Shown here piece by piece: positions 28,815-39,119 of a DNA stretch of 64,000 bases. Under the pieces are notes generated by a model that saw only the letters and a list, made by a program, of their open reading frames with translations, made no database searches and had not been told where the DNA came from. Numbering within the stretch: the stretch's first letter is position 1; each line of letters begins with the position of its first letter. Position numbers and translations under genes: made by a program. The DNA comes from Spirochaetota bacterium (lineage in GTDB: Bacteria; Spirochaetota; UBA4802; JAKQUI01), in the NCBI GenBank assembly GCA_029562645.1, contig JAKQUI010000033.1:59146-123145 (forward strand), in the 5' to 3' direction.

Positions 28815-29570
28815 TTATTTCACTTTTATTATGTCAAGAAAAGAATCGCTCGCAAGGCTCGCCCCGCCCACGAGACATCCATCGATGTTTTCCATGGCAT
28901 AGAGCCCGGCGATATTGTCCGGCTTGACCGACCCGCCGTAGAGAACGGGAACCATGGCCGCGGTGGCGCCATCGTAGAGCGCGCCCAGCGTTTCACGGAT
29001 AAACCGATGCATGGTCTCCGCGATCTCCGGCGTCGCCACCTTGCCGGTTCCGATCGCCCAGACGGGTTCGTAGGCGACCACCACCTTCGCCATCCGCTCT
29101 TTCGTGACGCCCTTGAGCGCCTCGACGAGTTGAGTCTTCACCACCGCCTCGGACGTGCCGGCCTCGCGCTCGGCGAGGAGCTCGCCAACGCACACCATCG
29201 GGTCGAGGCCCACGGCGAGGGCCGCAGCGACCTTCTTGTTCACCTCGACATCGGTCTCGCGAAAGACATGGCGCCGCTCCGAGTGGCCGATTAGGATGTA
29301 GCGCGCGCCGCAGTCCTTCACCATCGCCGGCGCGAGCTCGCCGGTAAAGGCGCCCTCCTTCTCGAAGTACATGTTCTGCACGCCCACGTCGATGCGGGTT
29401 CCCGTGCAGAGGGACACCATTTCGCGCACGTACAGCGCAGGCGGAAAGATGGCGACCTCGCGCGCCCCAATGTCGCCCAGGCCCCCCTTGAGGCCGTTCA
29501 CCAGCGCGACGGCGCCATTGTAATCCTTGTACATCTTCCAGTTGCCGGCAAAAATCTCGCGACGCTTCAT
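28815..29570 (-). CDS. tpiA: triosephosphate isomerase
   Basis: 251 aa. ...AGNWKMYK..., ...ILIGHSERR..., ...VAYEPVWAIGTGKVAT..., ...YGGSVKPDN.... Confidence 0.92.
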   Translation of the reverse strand: MKRREIFAGNWKMYKDYNGAVALVNGLKGGLGDIGAREVAIFPPALYVREMVSLCTGTRIDVGVQNMYFEKEGAFTGELAPAMVKDCGARYILIGHSERRHVFRETDVEVNKKVAAALAVGLDPMVCVGELLAEREAGTSEAVVKTQLVEALKGVTKERMAKVVVAYEPVWAIGTGKVATPEIAETMHRFIRETLGALYDGATAAMVPVLYGGSVKPDNIAGLYAMENIDGCLVGGASLASDSFLDIIKVK

Positions 29571-29600
29571 TGTGATGTCCTTTTACGTGCAAAGTTTCCC

Positions 29601-29623
29601 CCTCCCCCTATCGAAGGGGGAGG
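29601..29623. repeat. G/C-rich palindromic repeat element, copy B
   Basis: CCTCCCCC-tatcgaa-GGGGGAGG in the gap-tpiA spacer. Shares the TCCCCC(T)-tcg-AGGGGGA core with copy A. Confidence 0.45.
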
Positions 29624-29642
29624 TCGGGAGCGGGTCGAACCC

Positions 29643-30653
<1,011 letters not shown>

Positions 30654-30797
30654 GGTGCTGCCCCCTCTTTTCGTTGTAGATTAGTAGAATACTCGCGTTG
30701 TGATTGCCGCCGAAGACCTTCGCCCTCTGGTACGGCCGCGTTCGGCGCGCGGTGACTGATAGTGCGCTCCGCATGGCGGTATTTTTCAAGAAAAAAT

Positions 30798-31820
30798 TTA
30801 TTTTTCGTACCCGCGAAGCATGTGATAGATCGCTTTATCAAAAAAGAGCACTACACGATTGTTTACCTCGAGGCTCCGGTACAGCTCGAGAAAGGATATG
30901 TGGAATCCCTGTCCGAGAATGAACTGCCAGATCGCCTTGCGGAAGAGCGTGTAGGCGCTCATCACATCGGCCGCGGGAATGCCGCCCGCGCAATAGCCGC
31001 TCCCGAGTGACACGAACGAGTGCAGGTCGTCGGGCGCGAAACGCTTGTCGCGCATCCATCGGGTGAGGCCGGTGAGAATGAACGCGCCGTCTTCATAGAT
31101 CTTTTTCGGGGGCAGCGCGAGATAGCGTTTCGCGGTGTCCTTCGCCTTGAGGTACTCCAGCCAGAAGATGATGATCCCGTCGATCTTCTGCTCGAGCGTG
31201 CCCATCACCAGGTCGGAGAGGAGCCCCTCCACGCCAACGGCGCTGTGCATGTCGATATCGACCCGCCCGCCCTTCGGGAACATGGCGGCGAAGGAATCCT
31301 GAATCTTCCAGAGATCGCGGTAGAGCTCGCGGAATTTCTCCACCGCGCGGTCGTTCGGGGGAAACGCCAACCGGGGCACCTCGTCGATCGGGAAAAACCG
31401 CGCATCCAGCGCATCGTCCCCCGCGCGGACCTCCCCGGAAACATGCTCCACCTCGTAGCAGAGAATGGCCAGGTTGCCATAGAAGGAATCGTCGGTCGTC
31501 TCCGCATCAAGGAGCCGTATGATCCGGCCCTTCACGCTGGTCTCCTCCTCGAGTTCGCGCAGGGCCGCGTCCTGTATGTTCTCGTCGATTTCGGCGAAGC
31601 CCATCGGCAGACACCACTGGTTGCTGTACGGCTCCTTCTTGCGCAGCACCAGCAGGATCTCGCGGCGGTCATTGGGCAGGATGGAGCTCACCACCGGAAG
31701 CGGATTCACATAGACGACGGCGCCGCAGGAGGCGCATCGTTCGCGCGGGCGATCGTCGAGCATCACCCGCTCGAGCTTCGCGCCGCAGCGCGAGCAGTAT
31801 TCCGCCGGTTTGTTCGCCAT
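30798..31820 (-). CDS. zinc-ribbon plus NUDIX hydrolase (NudC-like) fused to a C-terminal domain of about 170 aa of unknown function
   Basis: Start at MANKPAEYCSRCGAKL...CASCGAV (CxxC...CxxC). Nudix box GFAEIDENIQDAALRELEEETSV. The C-terminal half (...AMFPKGGRVDIDMHSAVGVEGLLSDLVMGTLEQKIDGIIIFWLEYL...) is unrecognised. Confidence 0.6.
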   Translation of the reverse strand: MANKPAEYCSRCGAKLERVMLDDRPRERCASCGAVVYVNPLPVVSSILPNDRREILLVLRKKEPYSNQWCLPMGFAEIDENIQDAALRELEEETSVKGRIIRLLDAETTDDSFYGNLAILCYEVEHVSGEVRAGDDALDARFFPIDEVPRLAFPPNDRAVEKFRELYRDLWKIQDSFAAMFPKGGRVDIDMHSAVGVEGLLSDLVMGTLEQKIDGIIIFWLEYLKAKDTAKRYLALPPKKIYEDGAFILTGLTRWMRDKRFAPDDLHSFVSLGSGYCAGGIPAADVMSAYTLFRKAIWQFILGQGFHISFLELYRSLEVNNRVVLFFDKAIYHMLRGYEK

Positions 31821-32061
31821 GAGCACCTCCCGATATGCGCCCGGATCATCGCCACAATACACGTCGCGACCGCCACTGGCTTACAAAGTACCAACAATCG
31901 CCATCGGCGGCAAGGAAAGGAAGAAAAAAACGCGCCTGGCGGTACACTCCGATGGGTGATGTTTCACTCGAGTGAGCCGAAGGGCCATCACGAGGGGGGC
32001 AGACGCGAAACGGCCGTATCCATCGACACGGCCGTTTGCGCGCGACTGAACAGTATGGAAA

Positions 32062-32505
32062 TTACTCCGCGCCGCCGATCACCCGCTTCTTGAGTCCGGG
32101 AGCGGTGATCTCATAGACAACCTCGCACTCGTCGCCGTCGTTGTAGGTTTCCTTTTGGACCGATCCGCCGCGCACGAGCCCGCCGAATTCCTTCGCGATC
32201 GCGATGCCGGTGGAGGCGCCGTCGGCCATGCCGGACGCGCCCTCGATCCGCGCGCCCTTGAATTTCTCGAGCACGGTCTTCTGGGCGTAGAGCAGCGCCG
32301 CCTCGCGCGCGGTGAGCCGCCGCTGAGTCTTGTTCGTGAGGCCCTTCTTGGGAACGCCGGTCGCGGTGGTCCGGAAGGTGTTGTCGTCGACCCACCCCTC
32401 GGTCACGAACTTGTCGCCCTTGATCTGGCCGCCGATGGTCTGACCGCATGCGGTAAACGCGAATGCGCACGCCACGATCACGGCTACGGTAATGAAGTTC
32501 TTCAT
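32062..32505 (-). CDS. lipoprotein (possibly LPP20/FlgP-like)
   Basis: 147 aa. Lipobox VIVACAFAFTACG. Confidence 0.4.
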   Translation of the reverse strand: MKNFITVAVIVACAFAFTACGQTIGGQIKGDKFVTEGWVDDNTFRTTATGVPKKGLTNKTQRRLTAREAALLYAQKTVLEKFKGARIEGASGMADGASTGIAIAKEFGGLVRGGSVQKETYNDGDECEVVYEITAPGLKKRVIGGAE

Positions 32506-32613
32506 TTTACTCCTCCCTGATGCATGGTAACTGTAATCAGCCCGGGTGATGCTCCCGCCGGACTGTACCGTATCTGACGACGAGGGCCGTTCTTTTGGGA
32601 AAAAAAAGTGCTG

Positions 32614-33309
32614 CTAACGAGCCTTCTGCCCGCCCGCAGGCTCCATCAATCGCCTGTTGACGAGGGGCGACCAGCCCGATTCCGCGAATTCCTTGGCGGC
32701 TGCGCGATACAACCCTACCATGATTTTCGGCCCGCGATCGATGTTCTTCAGGTCGCCAAGGTAGAGGAATGGGCTGTCGGGGAATTTGACCTTGCCCAGG
32801 TAATTGGCGATCGCCATGTCGACCTTTTCGGTATTCAGAATCAGTATGGAGAGGTCCACGACGATATCGCCCATGAAGACGAACTCATTTTTGCCGACCG
32901 AAACCCGGGAGGCGCCAATAACCTTTTCCCCGAAATAAGTGCAGTAAAACTGTTCCTCCCCCGGGCTCATGTCGGGCTTGCTGAAATCCTTCTGGTGCTT
33001 GAACGCCTGCTTCCTCGTATACGCGGCGACGGCGACATACTCCCCCGGTTCGCAATCGACAAGATAGGCTCGTCCGCGCGCCACGAAGTTCGCTGGGATG
33101 ACTCGCTTCGCGGTGAGATGCGTTTCACCCTTCTCGATTTTGGCAAAATACACCGCGGTCGGATAATCGGTAAATATGGCGATTGGCGCGCGCAGGGTGA
33201 TGGCAACGCCGAGAACGGAATTTCCCGCCTTCGATGGATACTTCAGGTGTACGGGCAGCGTGACGCATCCGGCGAGAACGAACACGAGTACCGGCAGAAA
33301 TCTTTTCAT
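32614..33309 (-). CDS. lipoprotein of unknown function
   Basis: 231 aa. Lipobox VFVLAGC. Confidence 0.45.
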   Translation of the reverse strand: MKRFLPVLVFVLAGCVTLPVHLKYPSKAGNSVLGVAITLRAPIAIFTDYPTAVYFAKIEKGETHLTAKRVIPANFVARGRAYLVDCEPGEYVAVAAYTRKQAFKHQKDFSKPDMSPGEEQFYCTYFGEKVIGASRVSVGKNEFVFMGDIVVDLSILILNTEKVDMAIANYLGKVKFPDSPFLYLGDLKNIDRGPKIMVGLYRAAAKEFAESGWSPLVNRRLMEPAGGQKAR

Positions 33310-33369
33310 TTCGTTGACACCTCCATGGTCAGGTCGATCTCGGTTATTCCGTGTCGTTGTTCAAAGTCG

Positions 33370-33957
33370 TTATTTCGCCCCGGGAACCGCGTTGACTGCG
33401 GTCGCGGTCATCAAACCGGGGAATGACTCCTTCATAATCCTGTCGGTGAGTTCCTTTTTCGCCGTGATTACCGGCTTAAGATCTGAAAACGCCCACTCGC
33501 CCACATAACAGACTTTGTCGGGTTGCAGCTGTATGCTGTCGTGTTCCAGCGTTTTAAAGGCGAGATATTTATTGCCCACATATGTCCCCGTCAGCTTTTT
33601 CAACTCACTGGCGTTTTTGACCAAATAGTACGTCTGGTAGGATGCTTTTTGACCCGACGCCTGACCCACCGTAAAACTGAACAGCTCATAGGTTCCCGCC
33701 GGCAGCTCAAACGCAAACGGCAGGCTCGTCTCGGGAGCCCAATTGCTTTTTATCGCCAGTTGATACGTTGAATCATTTTTTCGGTCGTATAAATCGATGC
33801 TAAACGAGTTCCCGAATCCGGGCATCTCGATCATAAGGCCGTAGATAATCGCTCGCCCGGGTTTCGGCGCGGATTGGTTTTTTGAAATCATGAAAAAACC
33901 GACACACGAGAAAAAGACCGGCACCGAGCACAGAAGGACTATGATACTTCGTTTCAT
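33370..33957 (-). CDS. lipoprotein of unknown function
   Basis: Start at MKRSIIVLLCSVPVFFSCVG (lipobox). The upstream extension of the ORF was discarded. Confidence 0.45.
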   Translation of the reverse strand: MKRSIIVLLCSVPVFFSCVGFFMISKNQSAPKPGRAIIYGLMIEMPGFGNSFSIDLYDRKNDSTYQLAIKSNWAPETSLPFAFELPAGTYELFSFTVGQASGQKASYQTYYLVKNASELKKLTGTYVGNKYLAFKTLEHDSIQLQPDKVCYVGEWAFSDLKPVITAKKELTDRIMKESFPGLMTATAVNAVPGAK

Positions 33958-34237
33958 GAAGCCTCCGAACGGTCGTTCATTGATAGCTACAATCAAAAAA
34001 AATCGAAAAACGCTCGCCGCCTGCGAGCTCCCCGCGGGACATCGTTCACGCCACATTCCTCTCGCAGAAAGCATACGAAGCGGCACCATGAAAGGTCAAG
34101 GCTTTATCTGCCGGCAAGGGAGATTGCGCGACTCGGACATGGCGGGCGCCTCATGCCGCCGGCGACCCCATAGTGCTTGACGGACTGATTGCGCGATAGT
34201 ATCGTCGCCCTATGAATTCACGCCCATCAGGCCGCGC

Positions 34238-35212
34238 ATGAGGAGCTTCGCCCGGCCCATCATCGCCGTGAGCGCCTGCCTCGAATTCGAGGCGTGCCGC
34301 TACAATGCGCTCAGCGTCGCCTGCCCGCTGGTGCGCGACCTCATGCCCTTCGTCGATTTTCGGCCGGCCTGTCCCGAAAAGGCCATCGGCCTGGGGGTGC
34401 CGCGCGATCCCATCAGGCTTGTCCGCGACGGCGACGCCGTGGCGCTCTATCAGCCGGCGACCGGGCGCGACGTGACGGCGCTCATGGACGACTTCACGCA
34501 GCGACATCTCGCGACGCTGCGCGATGCGGACGGATTCATCCTGAAAGGACGGTCCCCGTCCTGCGGCATCAAGGACGTGAAGGTGTACCCGGACCGCGAC
34601 CCGGCGAAAACACCGATCACCGGAAAGGCGGCGGGACTGTACGGCGGAGCGGTGATTGCGGCGTTTCCCGGCCGCGCGATCGAGGACGAGGGGCGTCTCG
34701 AGAACTTCACCATCCGCGAGCACTTCCTCACGCGCATCTTCGCCCTCGCGGAATTCCGGGGCGTGTACGCATCGGGCTCGATGGCGCGCCTGGTGCAATT
34801 CCAGGCCGACAACAAGCTCCTCCTGATGGCCTACAATCAGACGGAGATGCGCGCGCTGGGGCGGATCACCGCGAACCCGGGCGGACGCCCATGGCGTGAA
34901 ACGATCGACGAGTACGAGACGCATCTGCGCGCGGCGCTGTCACGGGTCCCGCGCTTCCAGTCCAATATCAACGTCCTGCAGCACGCGATGGGGTATTTCT
35001 CGGAGGGGATGTCCGCGTCCGAGAAGCGCTTCCTTCTCGGAGAGTTCGAGACCTATCGGGCCGGCAAGATCCCCTTAAGCGCCGTGACCGGCATCATCCG
35101 CGCTCTCATCGCGCGCTTCGGGAGCGACTACCTCTCGCGACAGACCTACTTTGCGCCCTACCCGACCGAGCTCGTCTCGATTACCGACTCCGGCAAGGGC
35201 CGCGGCGCCTGA
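34238..35212 (+). CDS. DUF523/DUF1722 two-domain protein (YbbK/YbgA-like)
   Basis: 324 aa. N-terminal Cys-rich PIIAVSACLEFEACRYNA...CP..., the DUF523/TudS-like opening. The C-terminal helical half resembles DUF1722. Confidence 0.45.
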   Translation: MRSFARPIIAVSACLEFEACRYNALSVACPLVRDLMPFVDFRPACPEKAIGLGVPRDPIRLVRDGDAVALYQPATGRDVTALMDDFTQRHLATLRDADGFILKGRSPSCGIKDVKVYPDRDPAKTPITGKAAGLYGGAVIAAFPGRAIEDEGRLENFTIREHFLTRIFALAEFRGVYASGSMARLVQFQADNKLLLMAYNQTEMRALGRITANPGGRPWRETIDEYETHLRAALSRVPRFQSNINVLQHAMGYFSEGMSASEKRFLLGEFETYRAGKIPLSAVTGIIRALIARFGSDYLSRQTYFAPYPTELVSITDSGKGRGA

Positions 35213-35229
35213 CCGATTTTGCATTTCGA

Positions 35230-36087
35230 CTAACGCGGCCGGCCGCAACGGAATATCGCGTCGTTTTTATTGAGACGAAAGCCGCCGCGCTCGACCGAGA
35301 TGCGGTGCGCCATCGCAAAGAGCATCTCCACCGCGTTTTGCTCCAGCTGCGGCTTCTGGTCCATGAGCTCCTTGAGCAGCAAGTACTTCTTGTTTATGAT
35401 ATACCCATAGAGATGCTTCATGCCGTCAAGGGGGAACTCGAGGCTGTTCTCCCAGCCGATCGTCTCCACGGATCCGAAATGCGGCGCGAGGAGATCGGCG
35501 CCGTTTTCCGCACAGAACGACTCCAGCAGACGCTTGATGTGGATCCGGTCGCGCTCGATGGTCACGCCGAGGCGACGGTAACACTCCGGAATGAGATCGA
35601 TGATCTCGCGCAGGCTCTCGCGGCTGTGCGTGAGCGTTACGAAGATCCCCATGGGCCGCAGGATTCGTGCGATCGCGGGGACGAGCTCCGGAAAAAAATA
35701 CAGCGAGTAGCTCGCGGAAATGAGATCGTACGTCTGCGGCTCGAATTCCTCGATCGCCTGCGACGGGGCGCACAGAAACTCGGTCGCGAGGCCCGCCTCC
35801 GCGGTATTGTGCAGGTAGGGGTCCCGGTTCTCCTCCAGCATGTCGACACCCAGCACGAGCGCGTTGCGCGGGATCAGCCCCGAAAGCCCCATGCTGAAAA
35901 ACCCGAACCCGCACCCAAGATCAAGGACAGTGCGAACACCCGAGAGGTCGAGACCGCCTAACGCGACGGCGCGGATATCGGCCCGAGCGCGTGAAAAGCT
36001 CACGATGGTCTTGTGCACCGAGACGTGGTCCGCAGGCTTTCCGAACGTGCCCCGAATCTCCTTTTCGGAGTATTCCGCCTTATCCAT
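35230..36087 (-). CDS. class I SAM-dependent methyltransferase
   Basis: Start at MDKAEYSEKEIRG. Motif I VLDLGCGFGFFS, acidic residue after beta-2 (VLGVDM). Confidence 0.6.
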   Translation of the reverse strand: MDKAEYSEKEIRGTFGKPADHVSVHKTIVSFSRARADIRAVALGGLDLSGVRTVLDLGCGFGFFSMGLSGLIPRNALVLGVDMLEENRDPYLHNTAEAGLATEFLCAPSQAIEEFEPQTYDLISASYSLYFFPELVPAIARILRPMGIFVTLTHSRESLREIIDLIPECYRRLGVTIERDRIHIKRLLESFCAENGADLLAPHFGSVETIGWENSLEFPLDGMKHLYGYIINKKYLLLKELMDQKPQLEQNAVEMLFAMAHRISVERGGFRLNKNDAIFRCGRPR

Positions 36088-36259
36088 GCCATGCCTTTCA
36101 GAGAACAAAAATTCAACAGGATGAAGATACGGCCTGATGAAATCAATTACAAGTAAAATGCGAATTTTCAGGGACGAAATCCTGAAAAATAAAGTATTTA
36201 TTTCAAAAACGGGTCTCGCGTTGCGTATTACTGAAAAAGACTTCCGTATGGAGATCGAC

Positions 36260-36718
36260 ATGCCAATCGACACGACCCTGTACGTCCATCAAACGACTTT
36301 GCAGCTTATTGAAGCCGCATGCGTCATGACGGGAATCAGACGCGGACAGCTCGTAGTTCTGTTGCTCGCGCGGGCCATCCTGAACCGCGGGAAGGCGCTC
36401 AAATCGGGCTCTGCGACGCGATATCAAACGCGCGACCGCAGGGAGATGTGGCGGACCATTCATGTTCGCATGTTAGCGGACGATGCCGATTACTTCAGGG
36501 ACGCTCGGTGTTTTTTCAATGAATCGGTTTCGTTGATTCTGGCGCAGGCGGCGAGAGAATACCTCCGTGAGATACTTCAACGATCGAGAAGCGGCGAGAA
36601 AGTGGATAACTATCCACTTAAAAATTACATCATCTGCAGGGAGGAACGGGACGGATTGATTTTCTGGCACATCTGCTGGGGATTCCCAGAAAAACCTGAA
36701 AAATACTTCCGTCTGTAG
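36260..36718 (+). CDS. hypothetical protein, paralog 1 of a two-member family in this window
   Basis: MPIDTTLYVHQTTLQLIEAACVMTGIRRGQ...REMWRTIHVRMLADDADYFRD...AQAAREYL...ERDGLIFWHICWGFPEKPEKYFRL. Diverged paralog of 48452..48910 with a conserved GLIFWxICWGFP terminus. Confidence 0.45.
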   Translation: MPIDTTLYVHQTTLQLIEAACVMTGIRRGQLVVLLLARAILNRGKALKSGSATRYQTRDRREMWRTIHVRMLADDADYFRDARCFFNESVSLILAQAAREYLREILQRSRSGEKVDNYPLKNYIICREERDGLIFWHICWGFPEKPEKYFRL

Positions 36719-36837
36719 CTCGCGACAGACGCACCCGGAAACGAAAAAACGCCATTATACATTCGGCAATCGAGTTGTTGCGATACACGGCGTCCGGCAA
36801 CTACAGCGCGCTTCGGAAATTACCGCCGCACCCCGCA

Positions 36838-37485
36838 TCATTCCTCGGCCGCACCGGCGTCTTCTTCATCGTCGAGCGGACCAAGCTCCCGCAGCACCGC
36901 ACGAATTACCGCGGCATCGAAACCCCGGCCCTGCAGATAAAAGGCGAGCCGCGAGGCGCGGTTTTTCTTTCCGGCGCGCTGCCGAAGTTTCTTTCGCGCG
37001 CATGCGAGCGCCGCTTCCCGCTCGTCGTCTTCCGACGTTGCGCGCGAGATCGCGGTTGCGATAATGTCCCGCGAAACCCCCTTTCGCTGCAGCTCGCGCG
37101 TGACGAGGTTCCTGCCCACGCCGCCGCGGCGTTTTCGCGCACCGGCATACTCCGTCGCGAAGGCGAGATCGTCGATATAGTGTCGCTCGCACAGATCGCG
37201 AACGGTTTCCGCGATACTGTCGCCGGAATAGCCCTTGCGGCGAAGGTACGACTCCATCTCATGCGCCGAATGGGCGCGCACCGCCAGATATGAAAGCGCC
37301 GCCCGTCGGCACATGTACCGATCGCTCTCGTCCCTGAGCTGGCGATACGCCGCCGCGTCGATCTCGGTCCCGGCCGCGAGCCGATACTGCGCAAAGACCG
37401 CGGCGGAAACCATGAGCGCCTCCCCCGTATCGACGGATATCATCACCCCGTCGCCCTTGAACTTGATTTTTTCCACCAGCGGCAT
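36838..37485 (-). CDS. recX: recombination regulator RecX
   Basis: Start at MPLVEKIKFKGDG. Three-repeat helical RecX pattern (...YLAVRAHSAHEMESYLRRKGY..., ...ELQRKGVSRDII..., ...YLQGRGFDAAVI...). Confidence 0.6.
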   Translation of the reverse strand: MPLVEKIKFKGDGVMISVDTGEALMVSAAVFAQYRLAAGTEIDAAAYRQLRDESDRYMCRRAALSYLAVRAHSAHEMESYLRRKGYSGDSIAETVRDLCERHYIDDLAFATEYAGARKRRGGVGRNLVTRELQRKGVSRDIIATAISRATSEDDEREAALACARKKLRQRAGKKNRASRLAFYLQGRGFDAAVIRAVLRELGPLDDEEDAGAAEE

Positions 37486-37495
37486 GGAGACGCCC

Positions 37496-37900
37496 CTAGA
37501 GACCGCGCAGGAAACCGGCAAGACCGGGGCTGATCCGCTTCGAATGGAGCGAATCGCGGTAGACGAATTTCACGTGCAGGCAGGCGGGCGACAGGTTGAA
37601 TTCCATGGGCTCGGGGAGCAGGGCGACGCCGCGGCAGAAGAACTGGATGGAGCCGTCATAAGCGCATTTGTACAGCGGGGCGCTCTCGGATGCGACGCCG
37701 TCGACGACGAGCCGCACCGTGACGGGATCGGTGACGGCGACGACGCGCGACCCGCGGCGTATCTCGATCCGGTCCGTTTCGGCGTGAAGCCGGCGCTTCA
37801 GCTCGCTGAATCCATGGGCGCCGCAGCCGGCCATGGACAGCACGAGCGCCAGCGTCATCATCAACAACCATGTCCGAAATATGCCCTGCATAGCGCACAC
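37496..37900 (-). CDS. small lipoprotein
   Basis: Lipobox LVLSMAGCG. Confidence 0.4.
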   Translation of the reverse strand: MCAMQGIFRTWLLMMTLALVLSMAGCGAHGFSELKRRLHAETDRIEIRRGSRVVAVTDPVTVRLVVDGVASESAPLYKCAYDGSIQFFCRGVALLPEPMEFNLSPACLHVKFVYRDSLHSKRISPGLAGFLRGL

Positions 37901-37924
37901 ACCTCACCGGTTGGATGCACCGCA

Positions 37925-37957
37925 TGAAAAAAGGGTGCCGATAAAATCGACACCCTT
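37925..37957 (-). terminator. rho-independent terminator after rpsI (also terminator-like on the plus strand)
   Basis: On the minus strand AAGGGTG...CACCCTT (7-bp stem, 13-nt loop) is followed by a T-run (plus-strand A-run 37925-37930). On the plus strand it is followed by TTTTGTTT. Confidence 0.55.
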
Positions 37958-37993
37958 TTGTTTCCAAAGGCAAGTAAAAAACTGGCGTTTCGT

Positions 37994-38386
37994 TTAGCGC
38001 TTGGAGAACTGGAAGCGCTTACGGGCCTTTTTACGGCCGTACTTCTTTCGCTCCACCTGGCGCGAATCCCGCGTGAGAAAACCGGCCTCGCGGAGCGCCT
38101 TCTTGTTGCGCTCATCATGCTGGATCAGGCACCGCGCGATCCCCATGCGCACCGCACCGGCCTGGCCGGACCAGCCGCCGCCGAGCGTTGTCGCTTCAAT
38201 GTCGAATGCGCTGACGGCGCTCAGGAGCTCGAGCGGCTGCCGTACGATGAGCTCGAGGGTTTTACGGCGAAAAAACTCGGATACGTCCTGCTCATTTACG
38301 AGAATCTTCCCCGAACCGGGCTTGAGCCACACCCGCGCGACCGAGGTCTTTCTTCTACCGGTTGCATAATACCGTTCTGCTGCCAT
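37994..38386 (-). CDS. rpsI: 30S ribosomal protein S9
   Basis: 130 aa. ...[15 protein letters not shown]... and the C-terminal ...[18 protein letters not shown]. Confidence 0.92.
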   Translation of the reverse strand: MAAERYYATGRRKTSVARVWLKPGSGKILVNEQDVSEFFRRKTLELIVRQPLELLSAVSAFDIEATTLGGGWSGQAGAVRMGIARCLIQHDERNKKALREAGFLTRDSRQVERKKYGRKKARKRFQFSKR

Positions 38387-38413
38387 GCGATCCTGCTCCT
38401 GTCGTATATTCGA

Positions 38414-38860
38414 TTATTTCTTGATATCGTACGTTTCGGGCTTTTGCGCCTGATGGGGGTGGGCGGTCCCCGCGTAGACCTTCAGGTTCTTGAACATCTT
38501 GCGGCCCAGCCGATTCTTGGGAAGCATCCCCTTCACGGCGTGCTCGATGATGAATTCCGGATTATCCGCCTTGTACTTCTTGATGTTGGTGAACTTCACG
38601 CCGCCGGGAAAGTGCGAATGGCTGAAATACTCCTTGTCGTCGCCCTTGCTGCCGGTGAGCACCACCTTGTCGGCGTTGATGACGATGACGTTGTCGCCAT
38701 CATCCATGTGCTGGGTGTAGGTGGTCTTGTGTTTTCCGCGAAGCAGGTGCGCGACCTCCGTCGCGAGCCGGCCGAGGACCGCCCCATCGGCGTCGACGAG
38801 GAGCCACTTCTTCTCGATTTGCGATGCCTTGATTGAAAACGTGCGCTGCGAACTATTCAT
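38414..38860 (-). CDS. rplM: 50S ribosomal protein L13
   Basis: Start at MNSSQRTFSIKASQIEKKWLLVDADGAVLGRLATEVAHLLRGKHK.... Confidence 0.92.
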   Translation of the reverse strand: MNSSQRTFSIKASQIEKKWLLVDADGAVLGRLATEVAHLLRGKHKTTYTQHMDDGDNVIVINADKVVLTGSKGDDKEYFSHSHFPGGVKFTNIKKYKADNPEFIIEHAVKGMLPKNRLGRKMFKNLKVYAGTAHPHQAQKPETYDIKK

Positions 38861-38996
38861 TGGGTGTTTCCTGAAAACCGATAAAAATTGAGCCGGTGGC
38901 ATCACGAACGAGGCCTACGGCGATGCAGTGGGCAACGCTAAATGTGAGCACCTGATACGTCAATAAAATTTTTTCATCAAAAATCCACCTTTCCGC

Positions 38997-39106
38997 TTGA
39001 CGGTACCGATAACTATCGGTATATTATGACCGAACAGTCGGTCAATATAAAAACTATCCCCGGTGGGGATTTTTAAAAGAATCTTTAATGACCGAATAGT
39101 CGGTCA
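38997..39106 (+). promoter_or_regulatory. sigma70-type promoter with two TetR operator palindromes and a 5'-UTR hairpin
   Basis: TTGACG (38997-39002), a 17-bp spacer and TATATT (39020-39025). Operator 1 TGACCGA-acag-TCGGTCA at 39027-39044. Operator 2 TGACCGA-atag-TCGGTCA at 39089-39106. An extra palindrome ACCGATA-ac-TATCGGT sits inside the spacer. The hairpin ATCCCC-ggt-GGGGAT plus TTTTT at 39056-39078 lies between the operators. Confidence 0.55.
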
Positions 39107-39119
39107 AACAGGAAAAGAG

